Shown in pieces: positions 17,867 through 26,883 of a stretch of DNA of 32,000 nucleotides. The notes below the pieces were generated by a model that saw only the letters and a program-made list of their open reading frames with translations, was not told where the DNA came from and did no database searches. The stretch's first letter is position 1; every line of letters starts with the position of its first letter. A program made the translations under genes and the position numbers. This stretch comes from Thermoproteus tenax Kra 1 (lineage in GTDB: Archaea > Thermoproteota > Thermoprotei > Thermoproteales > Thermoproteaceae): positions 1,200,001-1,232,000 of the forward strand of contig NC_016070.1 of assembly GCF_000253055.1 (NCBI RefSeq), written 5' to 3'.

Positions 17867-19806
17867 AGCCTCAGCTCGATCCCATACCTTCCCACCACTG
17901 CTTCCCAACGCGGCGGGACTACTGTCGTTGAGTAGTCCTCAACTATCAAGGCCGGCCCCCTCGCCTTATATCCCAACGGAAGCTCGCTCCGCCGGTAGAC
18001 CGCAGCCTTGACCCACCCGTCGAAGAAGACCTCCTTCTCGGCTACTGAGGGCGAACCGACCTCCGGCGGCTCGGGCACTCTGGGCTTCTGTCTTTTGACC
18101 ACGGCGAAGACGCGTATAGTTACGACCTCCACCGGCTTGTCTAGAACAAAGCCGTAGGTGGCCCTGTGTTTCTCCTCGAAGGCCCTCCTCACGACCTCAA
18201 GGCTTGCGTTGGGCCCCACGGGCACTGTGAGCTCCCATCCCTGTCCTGCGTACCTCACGTCGGCATATCTGACGAAGTAGTCGGGCTTGTATCTAGACAG
18301 CTCCGCCTCGAGCCTCTTGAAGCCCTCCTCAATTTCCCTCGGGTAGGCAGAGCGGGCCTCGAACTTGAAGTCGGCCATGAGCATGCCCAACGAGGTGAAG
18401 ACGCCGGGCATCGGCGGTATGATCACTCTGGAGATGCCCATCTCCTCGGCCACCTCTGCGGCGTGTTGCGGGCCCGCGCCTCCGAATGCCATGAGGGCGA
18501 AGCTGGCCGGGTCCAGACCTCTCTCGACGGTCACAAGCCTTATGGCTCTGGCCATCTCCACGTTGACTAGCTTCACTGCGGCAGCTGAGACGTCGATGGG
18601 ATCCCCCAGCTCCGCCAGAGCTTTGACGGCCGCCTTGACGTCTAGTCTGAGGGAGCCGCCCGCCAGCGTCTCCGGTATTCTGCCCAACGCCAAGTTGGCG
18701 TCCGTGATAGTCGGGCTGGCGCCGCCTCTGCCGTAGCAGACCGGCCCGGGGTCTGCGCCGGCGCTCAGAGGGCCGACCCTCAGAGCTCCCCCTGCGTCTC
18801 TCCAGACTATAGTGCCGCCCCCCGCCGAGACCTCCGCCAGATCCACGAAGGGGAAACGCACGGGATATCCCGAGCCCTTCACCAGTCTGCCTCTGTGGCT
18901 CTCCCCGCCCACTTCGTACTCAGTGGTTATCGAGGGCTCGAAGCCGACTATTGTCCCAGCCTTGGCCGTAGTTCCGCCCATATCGAAGGATATAACGTTT
19001 GCCTCGCCCATAAGTCTGGCGAGCTCCGCCGCGGCGATGACGCCTGCGGCAGGCCCAGACTCAACGAGCTGGACAGGCCGCCTGGCCGCCTCCTCCACAG
19101 TAACAAGCCCTCCCGAGCTGGCCATGACGTAGAGAGAGCCGCCCTTTTCCTCCACGAACCCCCTCAGCCTAGCCAGATAACGCCCCACCAGCGGCATCAA
19201 CGCGGCGTTCACCACAGCGGTGGAGAAGCGCTCGTACTCTCTGGGCTCTTGCGCGACCTCGTGCGACGCCGTGACGTACTCGAAGTATTTGCGCAACGTC
19301 TTGGCGGCGACCTCCTCGTTGCTGGGATTTGCGTAGGAGTGGAGGAATGCCACCGCAGCGCTCACAGCGCCCATGGACCGGGCGCGGGCGGCCAGCGCCT
19401 CGATCTCGGCGGGCTCCACGGCCTTCTCCACTGTGCCGTCGGCCAAAGTCCTCTCCTCTACCTCGAACCTCAGGTCTCTTGGCACTAGTTGGCGCGGCTT
19501 GTTGAAGAAGAGGTCGTAGAGCTTGGGCCTGTTCTGTCTGCCTATCTCTATCACGTCGCGGAACCCCTTGGTGGTGAACAATGCCACTCTCGGCAGCTCC
19601 AGCCCCACTTGTCCCAAGAGGGCGTTCGTACCTATAGTCGAGGCGTGGAGAACCTCGCCGAACTCCAAGCTGGAGAGGCCGTCCATCACGGCCCTCTCCG
19701 GCTCTCTCGGCGTCGAGAGTATCTTCAGCGTAGTTATATTGCCGTTCTCGTCTACGGCCACGAAGTCCGTGAACGTCCCCCCTACGTCTACTCCGACGAT
19801 CTTCAT
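17863..19806 (-). CDS. hyuA: Hydantoinase A / ATP-dependent oxoprolinase alpha-type subunit
   Basis: [43 protein letters not shown] and FGGAGPQHA motifs. 4-nt overlaps on both sides. Confidence 0.97.
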   Translation of the reverse strand: MKIVGVDVGGTFTDFVAVDENGNITTLKILSTPREPERAVMDGLSSLEFGEVLHASTIGTNALLGQVGLELPRVALFTTKGFRDVIEIGRQNRPKLYDLFFNKPRQLVPRDLRFEVEERTLADGTVEKAVEPAEIEALAARARSMGAVSAAVAFLHSYANPSNEEVAAKTLRKYFEYVTASHEVAQEPREYERFSTAVVNAALMPLVGRYLARLRGFVEEKGGSLYVMASSGGLVTVEEAARRPVQLVESGPAAGVIAAAELARLMGEANVISFDMGGTTAKAGTIVGFEPSITTEYEVGGESHRGRLVKGSGYPVRFPFVDLAEVSAGGGTIVWRDAGGALRVGPLSAGADPGPVCYGRGGASPTITDANLALGRIPETLAGGSLRLDVKAAVKALAELGDPIDVSAAAVKLVNVEMARAIRLVTVERGLDPASFALMAFGGAGPQHAAEVAEEMGISRVIIPPMPGVFTSLGMLMADFKFEARSAYPREIEEGFKRLEAELSRYKPDYFVRYADVRYAGQGWELTVPVGPNASLEVVRRAFEEKHRATYGFVLDKPVEVVTIRVFAVVKRQKPRVPEPPEVGSPSVAEKEVFFDGWVKAAVYRRSELPLGYKARGPALIVEDYSTTVVPPRWEAVVGRYGIELRL

Positions 19807-21047
19807 CTGCGCGCGCGAAGTCCGTACGCCAGCACGCCCGCCAGCCCCAACACAGCTAACGACGCCAGATAGACTCCGCCTAAGAACTTGTCCACGCCTA
19901 CGATCACGGTCATTATATACGGAGCAGTTCCGGCCAACACAGTGTTTCCTATCTGATATGCTGAGGACACTCCAGTGGCTCTGGCCAACGTGGGGAAGAG
20001 CTCGGCCAAAAAGGCGGCCTCGGGCGTATAGACTATGCCGTGCGCGAAGCCTGTCAAGAGCACAACTACGAAGAAGACGGCTGCGTTGGAGAGGGCGTAC
20101 GTGATCAACAACGCCCCTATTATGAACAGGATGAACCCCAGAGTTATTGGCAACAAGTTGCCCATCCTCTCGGCGAGGAAGCCGCTGATTATTATACCTA
20201 TTAAGTCTAATAATGCGAACAGCACGACTGCCTCAAATTTGGCCTGCGCAGTCACCAGCTTCAGGGCGCCTGCTAAGTTCGGCAGAAATGCGTTGCCGTA
20301 GTAGAAGACGGCGCCTGCGGCGCCCGCAAGGAATATACCTACGACGAGCTCCTTCCAATACTTGCCGTACGCCACGGCGATAGGATTCTCCACTTTCTCG
20401 GCCCTCCTCCTGGCCTCTAGATACTCCAGGGTTTCGCCGAATTTAAACCTAAAGAACAAGCCTATGACTACCAACAAGAGAGACAAAAGAAACGCCGCCC
20501 TCCAGCCCCATGCCGACACTGCGGCGTTGCCCAGCGCCGCAGTCAAGGCCAACAACACGCCGGCTGCAAACAGGAGGCCCAGGGGTACTCCGCTCTGGAC
20601 AAACGCCATAAAGAGGCGTTTCCTCTTAACGTTCTCGAAGAGGTAGTTCACCGCAGTGCCCCACTCTCCTCCGAGCGCGAACCCTTGGAGCACTCTCAAC
20701 AGAACCACGATGGCCACCGCCAGAGCTCCCAGATCGCTGTACGGCGGGACTACGCCGATGAGCGCAGTGGCGATTCCCGCGGTTGCCAGAGTCCAGAACA
20801 TCGCGGTCCTCCGACCATAACGGTCGCCCAGCCACCCAAAGAATATCGCCCCGAGAGGCCTTGCGAAAAATCCCAGCGCAAACGTCAGAAAGACGTTGGC
20901 CAACTCCGTCACTGGGTTCTTCGATGGAAAGAACGCCGAGCCTATATATGATGCCGCAACTGCAAACAAAAACGTGTCGTACCACTCCAAGATCGTGCCG
21001 GAGACCACCCCTGCGACCAAGCCGAGACCTATCTTAGTTTCGGCCAT
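19803..21047 (-). CDS. MFS transporter, metabolite:H+ symporter type
   Basis: [31 protein letters not shown] and [15 protein letters not shown]. Confidence 0.92.
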   Translation of the reverse strand: MAETKIGLGLVAGVVSGTILEWYDTFLFAVAASYIGSAFFPSKNPVTELANVFLTFALGFFARPLGAIFFGWLGDRYGRRTAMFWTLATAGIATALIGVVPPYSDLGALAVAIVVLLRVLQGFALGGEWGTAVNYLFENVKRKRLFMAFVQSGVPLGLLFAAGVLLALTAALGNAAVSAWGWRAAFLLSLLLVVIGLFFRFKFGETLEYLEARRRAEKVENPIAVAYGKYWKELVVGIFLAGAAGAVFYYGNAFLPNLAGALKLVTAQAKFEAVVLFALLDLIGIIISGFLAERMGNLLPITLGFILFIIGALLITYALSNAAVFFVVVLLTGFAHGIVYTPEAAFLAELFPTLARATGVSSAYQIGNTVLAGTAPYIMTVIVGVDKFLGGVYLASLAVLGLAGVLAYGLRARR

Positions 21048-21315
21048 AGTGTCGCCTTGAGTTGACCATATAAATCTAATTATAGTTATAGATACTTAGT
21101 TTAGCGCATCTCTTTTGAAAAGAATACATAGACTTCGCGCATGCGGCGTATCTGCGGCGAAGAGTCCATTGTTGGGGCGAGGTGCCCTGCGTCCGGCTCT
21201 TGAGCATATGGACACTTACCATATGAGTTGGCGCCGGGCTCAGGTCTAGCGATGGGGCAGGTAGCGCCGCGAGGAGCTCGTTGATACACCTTTTAATATA
21301 CAGTTCTGATCTCCC

Positions 21316-22128
21316 GTGAACATCCTCGTCACCAACGACGATGGGATCTACTCGCCGGGCCTCAGGCTGTTGTACTCATTTGTCAAAGACTTAGGAAGAG
21401 TATATGTAGTAGCGCCGGAGACGCCCAAGTCGGCGTCGGGCTTGGGCATCACGCTCCACAAGCCTCTGAGAGTTTCGAGGATGGATCTTGAGGGCGTTAC
21501 AGCTTATGCCACGTCGGGCACGCCGTCAGACACAGTCTATCTAGCCGCCTTGGAGATAATGGACAAAATAGACATAGTTTTGTCCGGCATAAATATCGGC
21601 GATAATACCTCCATCCAGGTGGTGCTCTCCTCCGGCACAATAGGCGCGGCCATGCAGGCAGCGCTGTTGGGCATCCCTGCCGCGGCCTTCTCCTTCGATA
21701 TAACGGATCCTGAACAGTTCTGGGAGGATCCAGCGTTGATCTCGGCGGCCCGACATATCGCCAGAGCGTTGGTGAAGTTCGTGGAGGAGGAGGGCATGCC
21801 TCGCGGCGTAGACGTTATAAGCATAAACTTCCCTCGGCGGTTTAGACCGAACGTAGCAGTCAAGATAGTGCCAGCAGCCAAGGTGAAGTTCTCGCAGAAG
21901 GTCGACCGGAGGGTCGACCCCAGAGGATCGACGTACTACTGGCTCTATGGAGAAATGGTGAAGGCCGAGCCTGGCACCGACGTGTATGTGGTACACGAGG
22001 AGGGGAATATAGCGCTGACTCCGCTCACATTCAACATGAACGTCCTCGGGGAGAGGCCTCAAGTTGATACCAAGGGTCTGGAGAAGTTGGCCAAGGTCTT
22101 GAACAGCTCCATCGGCGCCCCCCAGTAG
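21316..22128 (+). CDS. surE: 5'/3'-nucleotidase SurE
   Basis: MNILVTNDDGIYSPGL, VVAPETPKSASG, TSGTPSDTVYLA, LSGINIGDNT, YSGTIGAA-like SSGTIGAAMQ. TATA-like CTTTTAATATAC upstream of the GTG start. Confidence 0.96.
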   Translation: MNILVTNDDGIYSPGLRLLYSFVKDLGRVYVVAPETPKSASGLGITLHKPLRVSRMDLEGVTAYATSGTPSDTVYLAALEIMDKIDIVLSGINIGDNTSIQVVLSSGTIGAAMQAALLGIPAAAFSFDITDPEQFWEDPALISAARHIARALVKFVEEEGMPRGVDVISINFPRRFRPNVAVKIVPAAKVKFSQKVDRRVDPRGSTYYWLYGEMVKAEPGTDVYVVHEEGNIALTPLTFNMNVLGERPQVDTKGLEKLAKVLNSSIGAPQ

Positions 22129-22171
22129 TCTCCGCAGGTCGACTTAAAAACACAGTTCGGGGCGGTACGTT

Positions 22172-22870
22172 ATGGATCTGCCGATGTTGGCGTTGTGGTT
22201 CTACGCTGGGCTCTTCGCTGGCATACTTTCGACGGCCAGCGAGGAGGGCGGCTACGCCAATATAGTCCTCTTCCCGGTGTTGATATTTGCGGGCGAGAAC
22301 CCCTTCGCTGTACTGCTCGGCTTCGCCATAGCCGCCGCTGTCGCTATAGTCTTAAACTTGATAGCATCGAGGAGAGCCATCCAAGGCCCCGTCTTTAGAA
22401 TAAGCTCTTGGCCCTCCTTCCTTGGAGTGGTGGCGGGCTTCGCCGCCTTCCTCCTCTTGCCCTTCTCCATGATAAAGTACATAGTCGCGGCCGCCATGTT
22501 CGCCACCGCCGGCAAGCTCATAGTCGACGCCGTCTGGGGGAGGCGCGCGCTGCACACGGTCAATCCAGTGTTGCGCAGCGCCCTAAACTTCGCCGTCGGG
22601 TTCCTCGACGTGATAGTGGGCACTGCCGCTAGCTTCTCGCTGGCGCGCGCGTTCTTCAGAGAGCTTGAGGCGCTTCTGCCCGTCAGCAGAGTGGGCGAGG
22701 TGGCCTTGAGCGTTGAGCTGAAGCACAGGATCGTCTTAGGCGGCTTCCTGGCGGGCCTCGGCATATTTATAGGGCAGAGGATCGTCTCTTGCTCGGGCCA
22801 TCGGCGGATTTTAAATATAGCTATGGGCATAGCCATTTTTGCGACCGGCCTCGTCTACGCCTTCTATTAG
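22172..22870 (+). CDS. Multi-pass membrane protein, possibly TauE/SafE-related
   Basis: MDLPMLALWFYAGLFAGILSTASEEGGYANIVLFPVLIFAGENPFAVLLGFAIAAAVAI, a TauE-like topology but weak motifs. Confidence 0.7.
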   Translation: MDLPMLALWFYAGLFAGILSTASEEGGYANIVLFPVLIFAGENPFAVLLGFAIAAAVAIVLNLIASRRAIQGPVFRISSWPSFLGVVAGFAAFLLLPFSMIKYIVAAAMFATAGKLIVDAVWGRRALHTVNPVLRSALNFAVGFLDVIVGTAASFSLARAFFRELEALLPVSRVGEVALSVELKHRIVLGGFLAGLGIFIGQRIVSCSGHRRILNIAMGIAIFATGLVYAFY

Positions 22871-22926
22871 CAGTGAAAACTCTGCACCTTTGGATTACGA
22901 TTTAAGGCTCCGCGTTCCCTTTTTAC

Positions 22927-23067
22927 ATGGAGCTCAAAAAGTATCTCACGTCCAAATACTTGTTGATACAGCCCTATCTGGACGTGAGGTGCTTCGGAGC
23001 TCCCAGAGAGCTCTGTAGCGATAGAAAAGCGGTGAGGTTGGAGCGTTACACGTATCTAACCAACTAG
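22927..23067 (+). CDS. Small ORF, 46 aa, Cys-containing and basic
   Basis: MELKKYLTSKYLLIQPYLDVRCFGAPRELCSDRKAVRLERYTYLTN with TATA-like GATTTAAGG about 25 nt upstream. Stop overlaps the convergent gene's stop. Confidence 0.45.
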   Translation: MELKKYLTSKYLLIQPYLDVRCFGAPRELCSDRKAVRLERYTYLTN

Positions 23068-23630
23068 GCCCATCTAGCGGCCACATACAGCCCGTAGATG
23101 GCTGCGTAAATAAGGATTGGATATACAATGAGTCTTTCGACAATCGGCGGCTCTCCCAACGCTACGTAGGCCGCAAGGGAGATAAGCGTGATCGCGCCCA
23201 TAAGGATGCCCAACATCCGTAGAGCCTTCGGCACGGGCGTGTAGGAGCCCAGGAAGGCCACTGCCAAGCCGCCGAAAAGAAAGGCGATTAGCGCTGAGAT
23301 TGTGTGGAGGCCGTGGGGCGTGCCCTCGGGAAATAGGCCCACTCCCAGAGCTCCCACGCCGGCGAGCGCCAACGTGGACGTAGTGAGAGCCCTCCTCTGG
23401 GCGGCCCTACCAAGCCCGTACGCCGACGCGATAGTCAGCGCGCCCAGAGCCAGCGCCGAGGAGTTAAATATGGAGGAGACCGCCGGGCCTGCGAGGGATC
23501 TATTCCCCAAGTCGCTTATGTAGTTGGTCCACGCGCTGTAGCCCGGATATAGCGCACTTGCTATCTGGACGACCGCTATGAACTGGAGCGCGCCCAACGC
23601 CAAAAGTAGTCCGAAAACCTTTATTGGCAT
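23064..23630 (-). CDS. DUF998-like membrane protein
   Basis: 188 aa with ALYPGYSAWTNYISDLGNRSLAGPAVSSIFNSS, typical of DUF998. Confidence 0.8.
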   Translation of the reverse strand: MPIKVFGLLLALGALQFIAVVQIASALYPGYSAWTNYISDLGNRSLAGPAVSSIFNSSALALGALTIASAYGLGRAAQRRALTTSTLALAGVGALGVGLFPEGTPHGLHTISALIAFLFGGLAVAFLGSYTPVPKALRMLGILMGAITLISLAAYVALGEPPIVERLIVYPILIYAAIYGLYVAARWA

Positions 23631-23652
23631 ACGTCATTCTTTTCTCCACCTT

Positions 23653-25059
23653 TTAACAGTTGGGGCAGACGACCTCCTTCATTCCGGAGAGCCTTCCTCC
23701 GAGCTTGAGGTACCCCGTGGCGAGGGCCGCCGCAATGGACGCCGCGAATATATATAGATATACCGGAGCGCTTATGGACTCATAAAAGGCCACCGCCAAG
23801 AGCGCCGCGCCCGCGGCCGACAATATCTTGCCCCAGAATGGAGCTATCTTTACTGCGCCGATAGCCAACACTACCAACGAGGCTATGTAGTAGAAGGCGT
23901 CTAGGGCATAGGCGTACTCCATGGCGTTATAGGTCATGTCAATGGGCTGGACGTAGCCGCTGAGATATGAGGCAATGTAGGCGCCTGCGGCCGCGGCGGC
24001 CGCCAGCGCCGTGCTTAAGTAGATGGCCTTTGATGGCGCCTTGAAGCGGTTGGTCTCAGCCAAGCCCCTCGACATTAGACCGTCTCTGGCCATTCCGTAG
24101 AACATCCTGGCCGTTGCGTTCAAGGTGGCGAGGTAGCAGCTGAACACGCTGGTCATCACGGCTACGGCGAAGAGCGCCTCCCCCAGGGGGCCCAAGTACT
24201 GCCCCATCAGTCCGTATATCGGATTAACGCCCGACGAAGCTTGTTGCACGTAGTTGTTGATGGCTACGGCGCTGTAGCCCATATTGACGACTATGGAGTA
24301 CGTCACAGCTACATACAACAGGCCCATGGCCAACGTGGCCGCGAGGGTCCCCCAGGGCACGTCCCTCTTGGGCTCCGAGGCCTCCTCGGCTATCTGCGTC
24401 GAGACCTCAAAGCCCATGAAGTAGGTGATAGAGAAGAGGAGACCTCCCGCTACGGCCCCCAACACTCCCAGAAGGCCGGTCTGAAAAGTGGCTTGAGGCG
24501 TGAATGGGAACGCCGAGAGGGCGCCTCTGTACTGATACAACGTCAGGCCCACGAACGAGAGAAGTATAGCCACCTCTATTGAGGTGAGGGCGGCCTCCGT
24601 CCTTATGCTGGGCCTTATCCCCAAGACCGCCGGTATCAACGCCAGGATCATAGGAAGGGGCACCAAGAAGATCGGGTTTACAGATACGCCGAAGGCCGCC
24701 TGGAGGCCCTGCGCAGTCAAATAGCCGAAGGCTATGGCCACTGAGCCGAGCCCCAGCGTGGCGCTGTAGAGCACTGTATACATCACTCCGTTAAGAAAGC
24801 CTGCCCACGGACCCAACGTGTTTGCCGCGTAGGCGTAGAAGCTGGCTGCGTGCGGATATCTCCTGGCCAACAAAAATACGGAGTAGACGATAGACATCAC
24901 GCCCAGCGTGGTCAACAACATGGCCAGAGGCGCGGCGGCGCCGGCGAACTGCATTATAAAGGCGGCCCCGCCGGCTATGCTGTAGGCGGGCGCCTGCCCC
25001 GCGAGCGAGTTGAGTATGGCCCCCTTAATGCCCGTGGCCCTCCTTTCCAGCTCGCCCAT
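23653..25059 (-). CDS. APC-superfamily amino acid permease
   Basis: 468 aa, about 12 TM segments, YFMGFEVSTQIAEEASEPKRDVPWGTLAA and FSCYLATLNATARMFYGMARDGLM. Confidence 0.93.
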   Translation of the reverse strand: MGELERRATGIKGAILNSLAGQAPAYSIAGGAAFIMQFAGAAAPLAMLLTTLGVMSIVYSVFLLARRYPHAASFYAYAANTLGPWAGFLNGVMYTVLYSATLGLGSVAIAFGYLTAQGLQAAFGVSVNPIFLVPLPMILALIPAVLGIRPSIRTEAALTSIEVAILLSFVGLTLYQYRGALSAFPFTPQATFQTGLLGVLGAVAGGLLFSITYFMGFEVSTQIAEEASEPKRDVPWGTLAATLAMGLLYVAVTYSIVVNMGYSAVAINNYVQQASSGVNPIYGLMGQYLGPLGEALFAVAVMTSVFSCYLATLNATARMFYGMARDGLMSRGLAETNRFKAPSKAIYLSTALAAAAAAGAYIASYLSGYVQPIDMTYNAMEYAYALDAFYYIASLVVLAIGAVKIAPFWGKILSAAGAALLAVAFYESISAPVYLYIFAASIAAALATGYLKLGGRLSGMKEVVCPNC

Positions 25060-25074
25060 ATGGGGTTGGCGCTC

Positions 25075-25672
25075 TTACCTTAAATCTCTTGTTGAACGTT
25101 CAATAAGTTTCTTAAATGACTCCAAGAGCTCCATGGCCTTGGGGACGTCGCCTCTGTCTAGCACGATGTAGACCTCGTTGTTGTACCTTATGATATGTTC
25201 AGGGGCCAGTCCCACCGATCTCATCAACTGGACTATGAAGGTCACGATGCCGACAGGCGCCTTGGGCATAGTGATACGTATAAGCCCCTTATCCCCGCCC
25301 CCTCCCAACAGCCTCGATGGCGCCAACACGCGGACCCTCCAGCCCATCGCTGACGGCCACAAAGGGCTCGCCCGAGGCTACGAGCGCGTTCAGATCTCCC
25401 GGGGGCCCCTCCGCCACAGAGAAGCCGCTATATGCGGCCACGCTCATCTCGCCCAGATGCTCGAAAATCTCAGCGGTGGCTACGCCCTTCCCTCTAAGGC
25501 GCTCCAAAGACTTCACGATTGTGACTATCTTAGTCTCTCTGCCGACTGCGGCGTCCACCAAGGGCTTTATAGACCTGGCAACTGCAGAGAGGTTGGCGAG
25601 CCCCGACGATAAAACTACGCCGTAGAGCGGATTTCCCTCAACTATCCTTTTAACAGCCTCTTGTACTTTCAT
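25075..25672 (-). pseudogene. Archaeal ACT-like domain protein, apparently split by a frameshift in a G-rich tract
   Basis: N-part 25289..25672 is MKVQEAVKRIVEGNPLYGVVLSSGLANLSAVARSIKPLVDAAVGRETKIVTIVKSLERL... and C-part is ...GDKGLIRITMPKAPVGIVTFIVQLMRSVGLAPEHIIRYNNEVYIVLDRGDVPKAMELLESF. Together they give one plausible protein of about 198 aa. Confidence 0.65.
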
Positions 25673-25815
25673 ACAATTTTTATAATAAAAATTATTTCTT
25701 AAATTTTTTTCTCCATTTAATTATTAATATATATTAGTATATTGATAGTTATTATTTAATTACGTTGTGTCATGAATTGGACAAAAAATTTTTAATTTTG
25801 AAAAAACTGACCTCT

Positions 25816-26640
25816 ATGCCCATAGGAGTTGTGGAGTACGCCTTGTCGGTCTTGTCGGGGGTCCTCGTAGGGTTCTCGTTGGGGCTGATCGGCGGCGGTG
25901 GCTCCATCTTGGCTGTGCCCCTCTTTTTATACTTCGTAGGTCTTTCGTCGTTGCCCGGCGCCGATCATATAGCCATAGGAACTACGGCCTTGGCTGTGGG
26001 CATAAACGCGTTTATAAACTCCTATATGCATCTGAAGAAGCGCAACATTGCCCCGAGGATCGGCGCTGTCTTCGCCGCGGTGGGACTAGTTGGGTCGCTG
26101 ATAGGGGCCTACCTCGGCCACATAACGCCCGGCAAATCCCTCTTGACGTATTTCGCAATAGCGATGATAGTATTGGGCATATACGTCGCAGTGAGGCGGG
26201 AGGCCACAAAGGCTGGGACGCCCACTGAGGCCGATAGGCTACGGGAGGCGTTGGCCAAATGTCCCCGATTGACTCCCTCAACCATAGCCAAAGTCGCCGG
26301 CTTTGGATTCCTCGTCGGCCTCGTCAGCGGATACTTCGGCATAGGCGGAGGCTTCCTCATAGTGCCCAGCTTGATGTTCTCGGCGGGGCTCTGTATAACT
26401 AGGGCGATTGGCACGAGCCTAATAAGCGTCGGCACATTCGGCGTCGCCTCAGGTCTTGAATATTGGTACTATGGCGATGTGCTCCCCATAATAGCCGTCT
26501 TGTACGTGTTGGGAGGCGTCGCCGGGGGATACCTCGGCACGAGCTTGGCGGTGAAGGCGCCCAAGAGGACGCTCCGCATAGCCTACGGAGTTATAATAGT
26601 GTTGGTCGGCATCTATATGTTGTATAGGATATACGGATAA
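25816..26640 (+). CDS. TauE/SafE family sulfite exporter-like permease (start trimmed from 25765 to ATG 25816)
   Basis: LSGVLVGFSLGLIGGGGSILAVPLFLYFVGL and GFGFLVGLVSGYFGIGGGFLIVPSLMF. TTTTTAATTTT lies about 25 nt upstream. Confidence 0.93.
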   Translation: MPIGVVEYALSVLSGVLVGFSLGLIGGGGSILAVPLFLYFVGLSSLPGADHIAIGTTALAVGINAFINSYMHLKKRNIAPRIGAVFAAVGLVGSLIGAYLGHITPGKSLLTYFAIAMIVLGIYVAVRREATKAGTPTEADRLREALAKCPRLTPSTIAKVAGFGFLVGLVSGYFGIGGGFLIVPSLMFSAGLCITRAIGTSLISVGTFGVASGLEYWYYGDVLPIIAVLYVLGGVAGGYLGTSLAVKAPKRTLRIAYGVIIVLVGIYMLYRIYG

Positions 26641-26644
26641 GGCG

Positions 26645-26852
26645 GCGCCCGCGGCATACCCCCGCTTCTGTTCGGTATCGGTCTAGCCCCCTACCTGGGC
26701 CTCGCCGCGGCCTCACAGGCCCTGCTTGGGGGCCGCGCCCCCGGCTGGTTTTTACCCCCGCCTTTCGGCGGCCCGCCGGGAGCCTCCGCGGGCGGGCGGG
26801 AGGTTCCAGAGGGCCGCCGTCTCCGGACGGCCCCCGTCCCCTCCGCGGGCGC
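26645..26852 (-). ncRNA. rnpB: RNase P RNA, minimal archaeal form without a conventional specificity domain (type T-like)
   Basis: 5' GCGCCCGCGG pairs perfectly with 3' CCGCGGGCGC (P1). CR-I-like CUGGAACCUCCCGC and CR-V-like CGAACAGAAGCGGGGGUAUG form a P4 helix, ACC(U)CCCGC with GCGGG-GGU, keeping the bulged U. P3 hairpin GGGCCGUC...GACGG-C-GGCCC. Minus-strand TATA CTTTTAAGCC about 22 nt upstream of the 5' end. Confidence 0.85.
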
Positions 26853-26883
26853 ATTATAATTTTTAAAGTCGGCTTAAAAGCCT

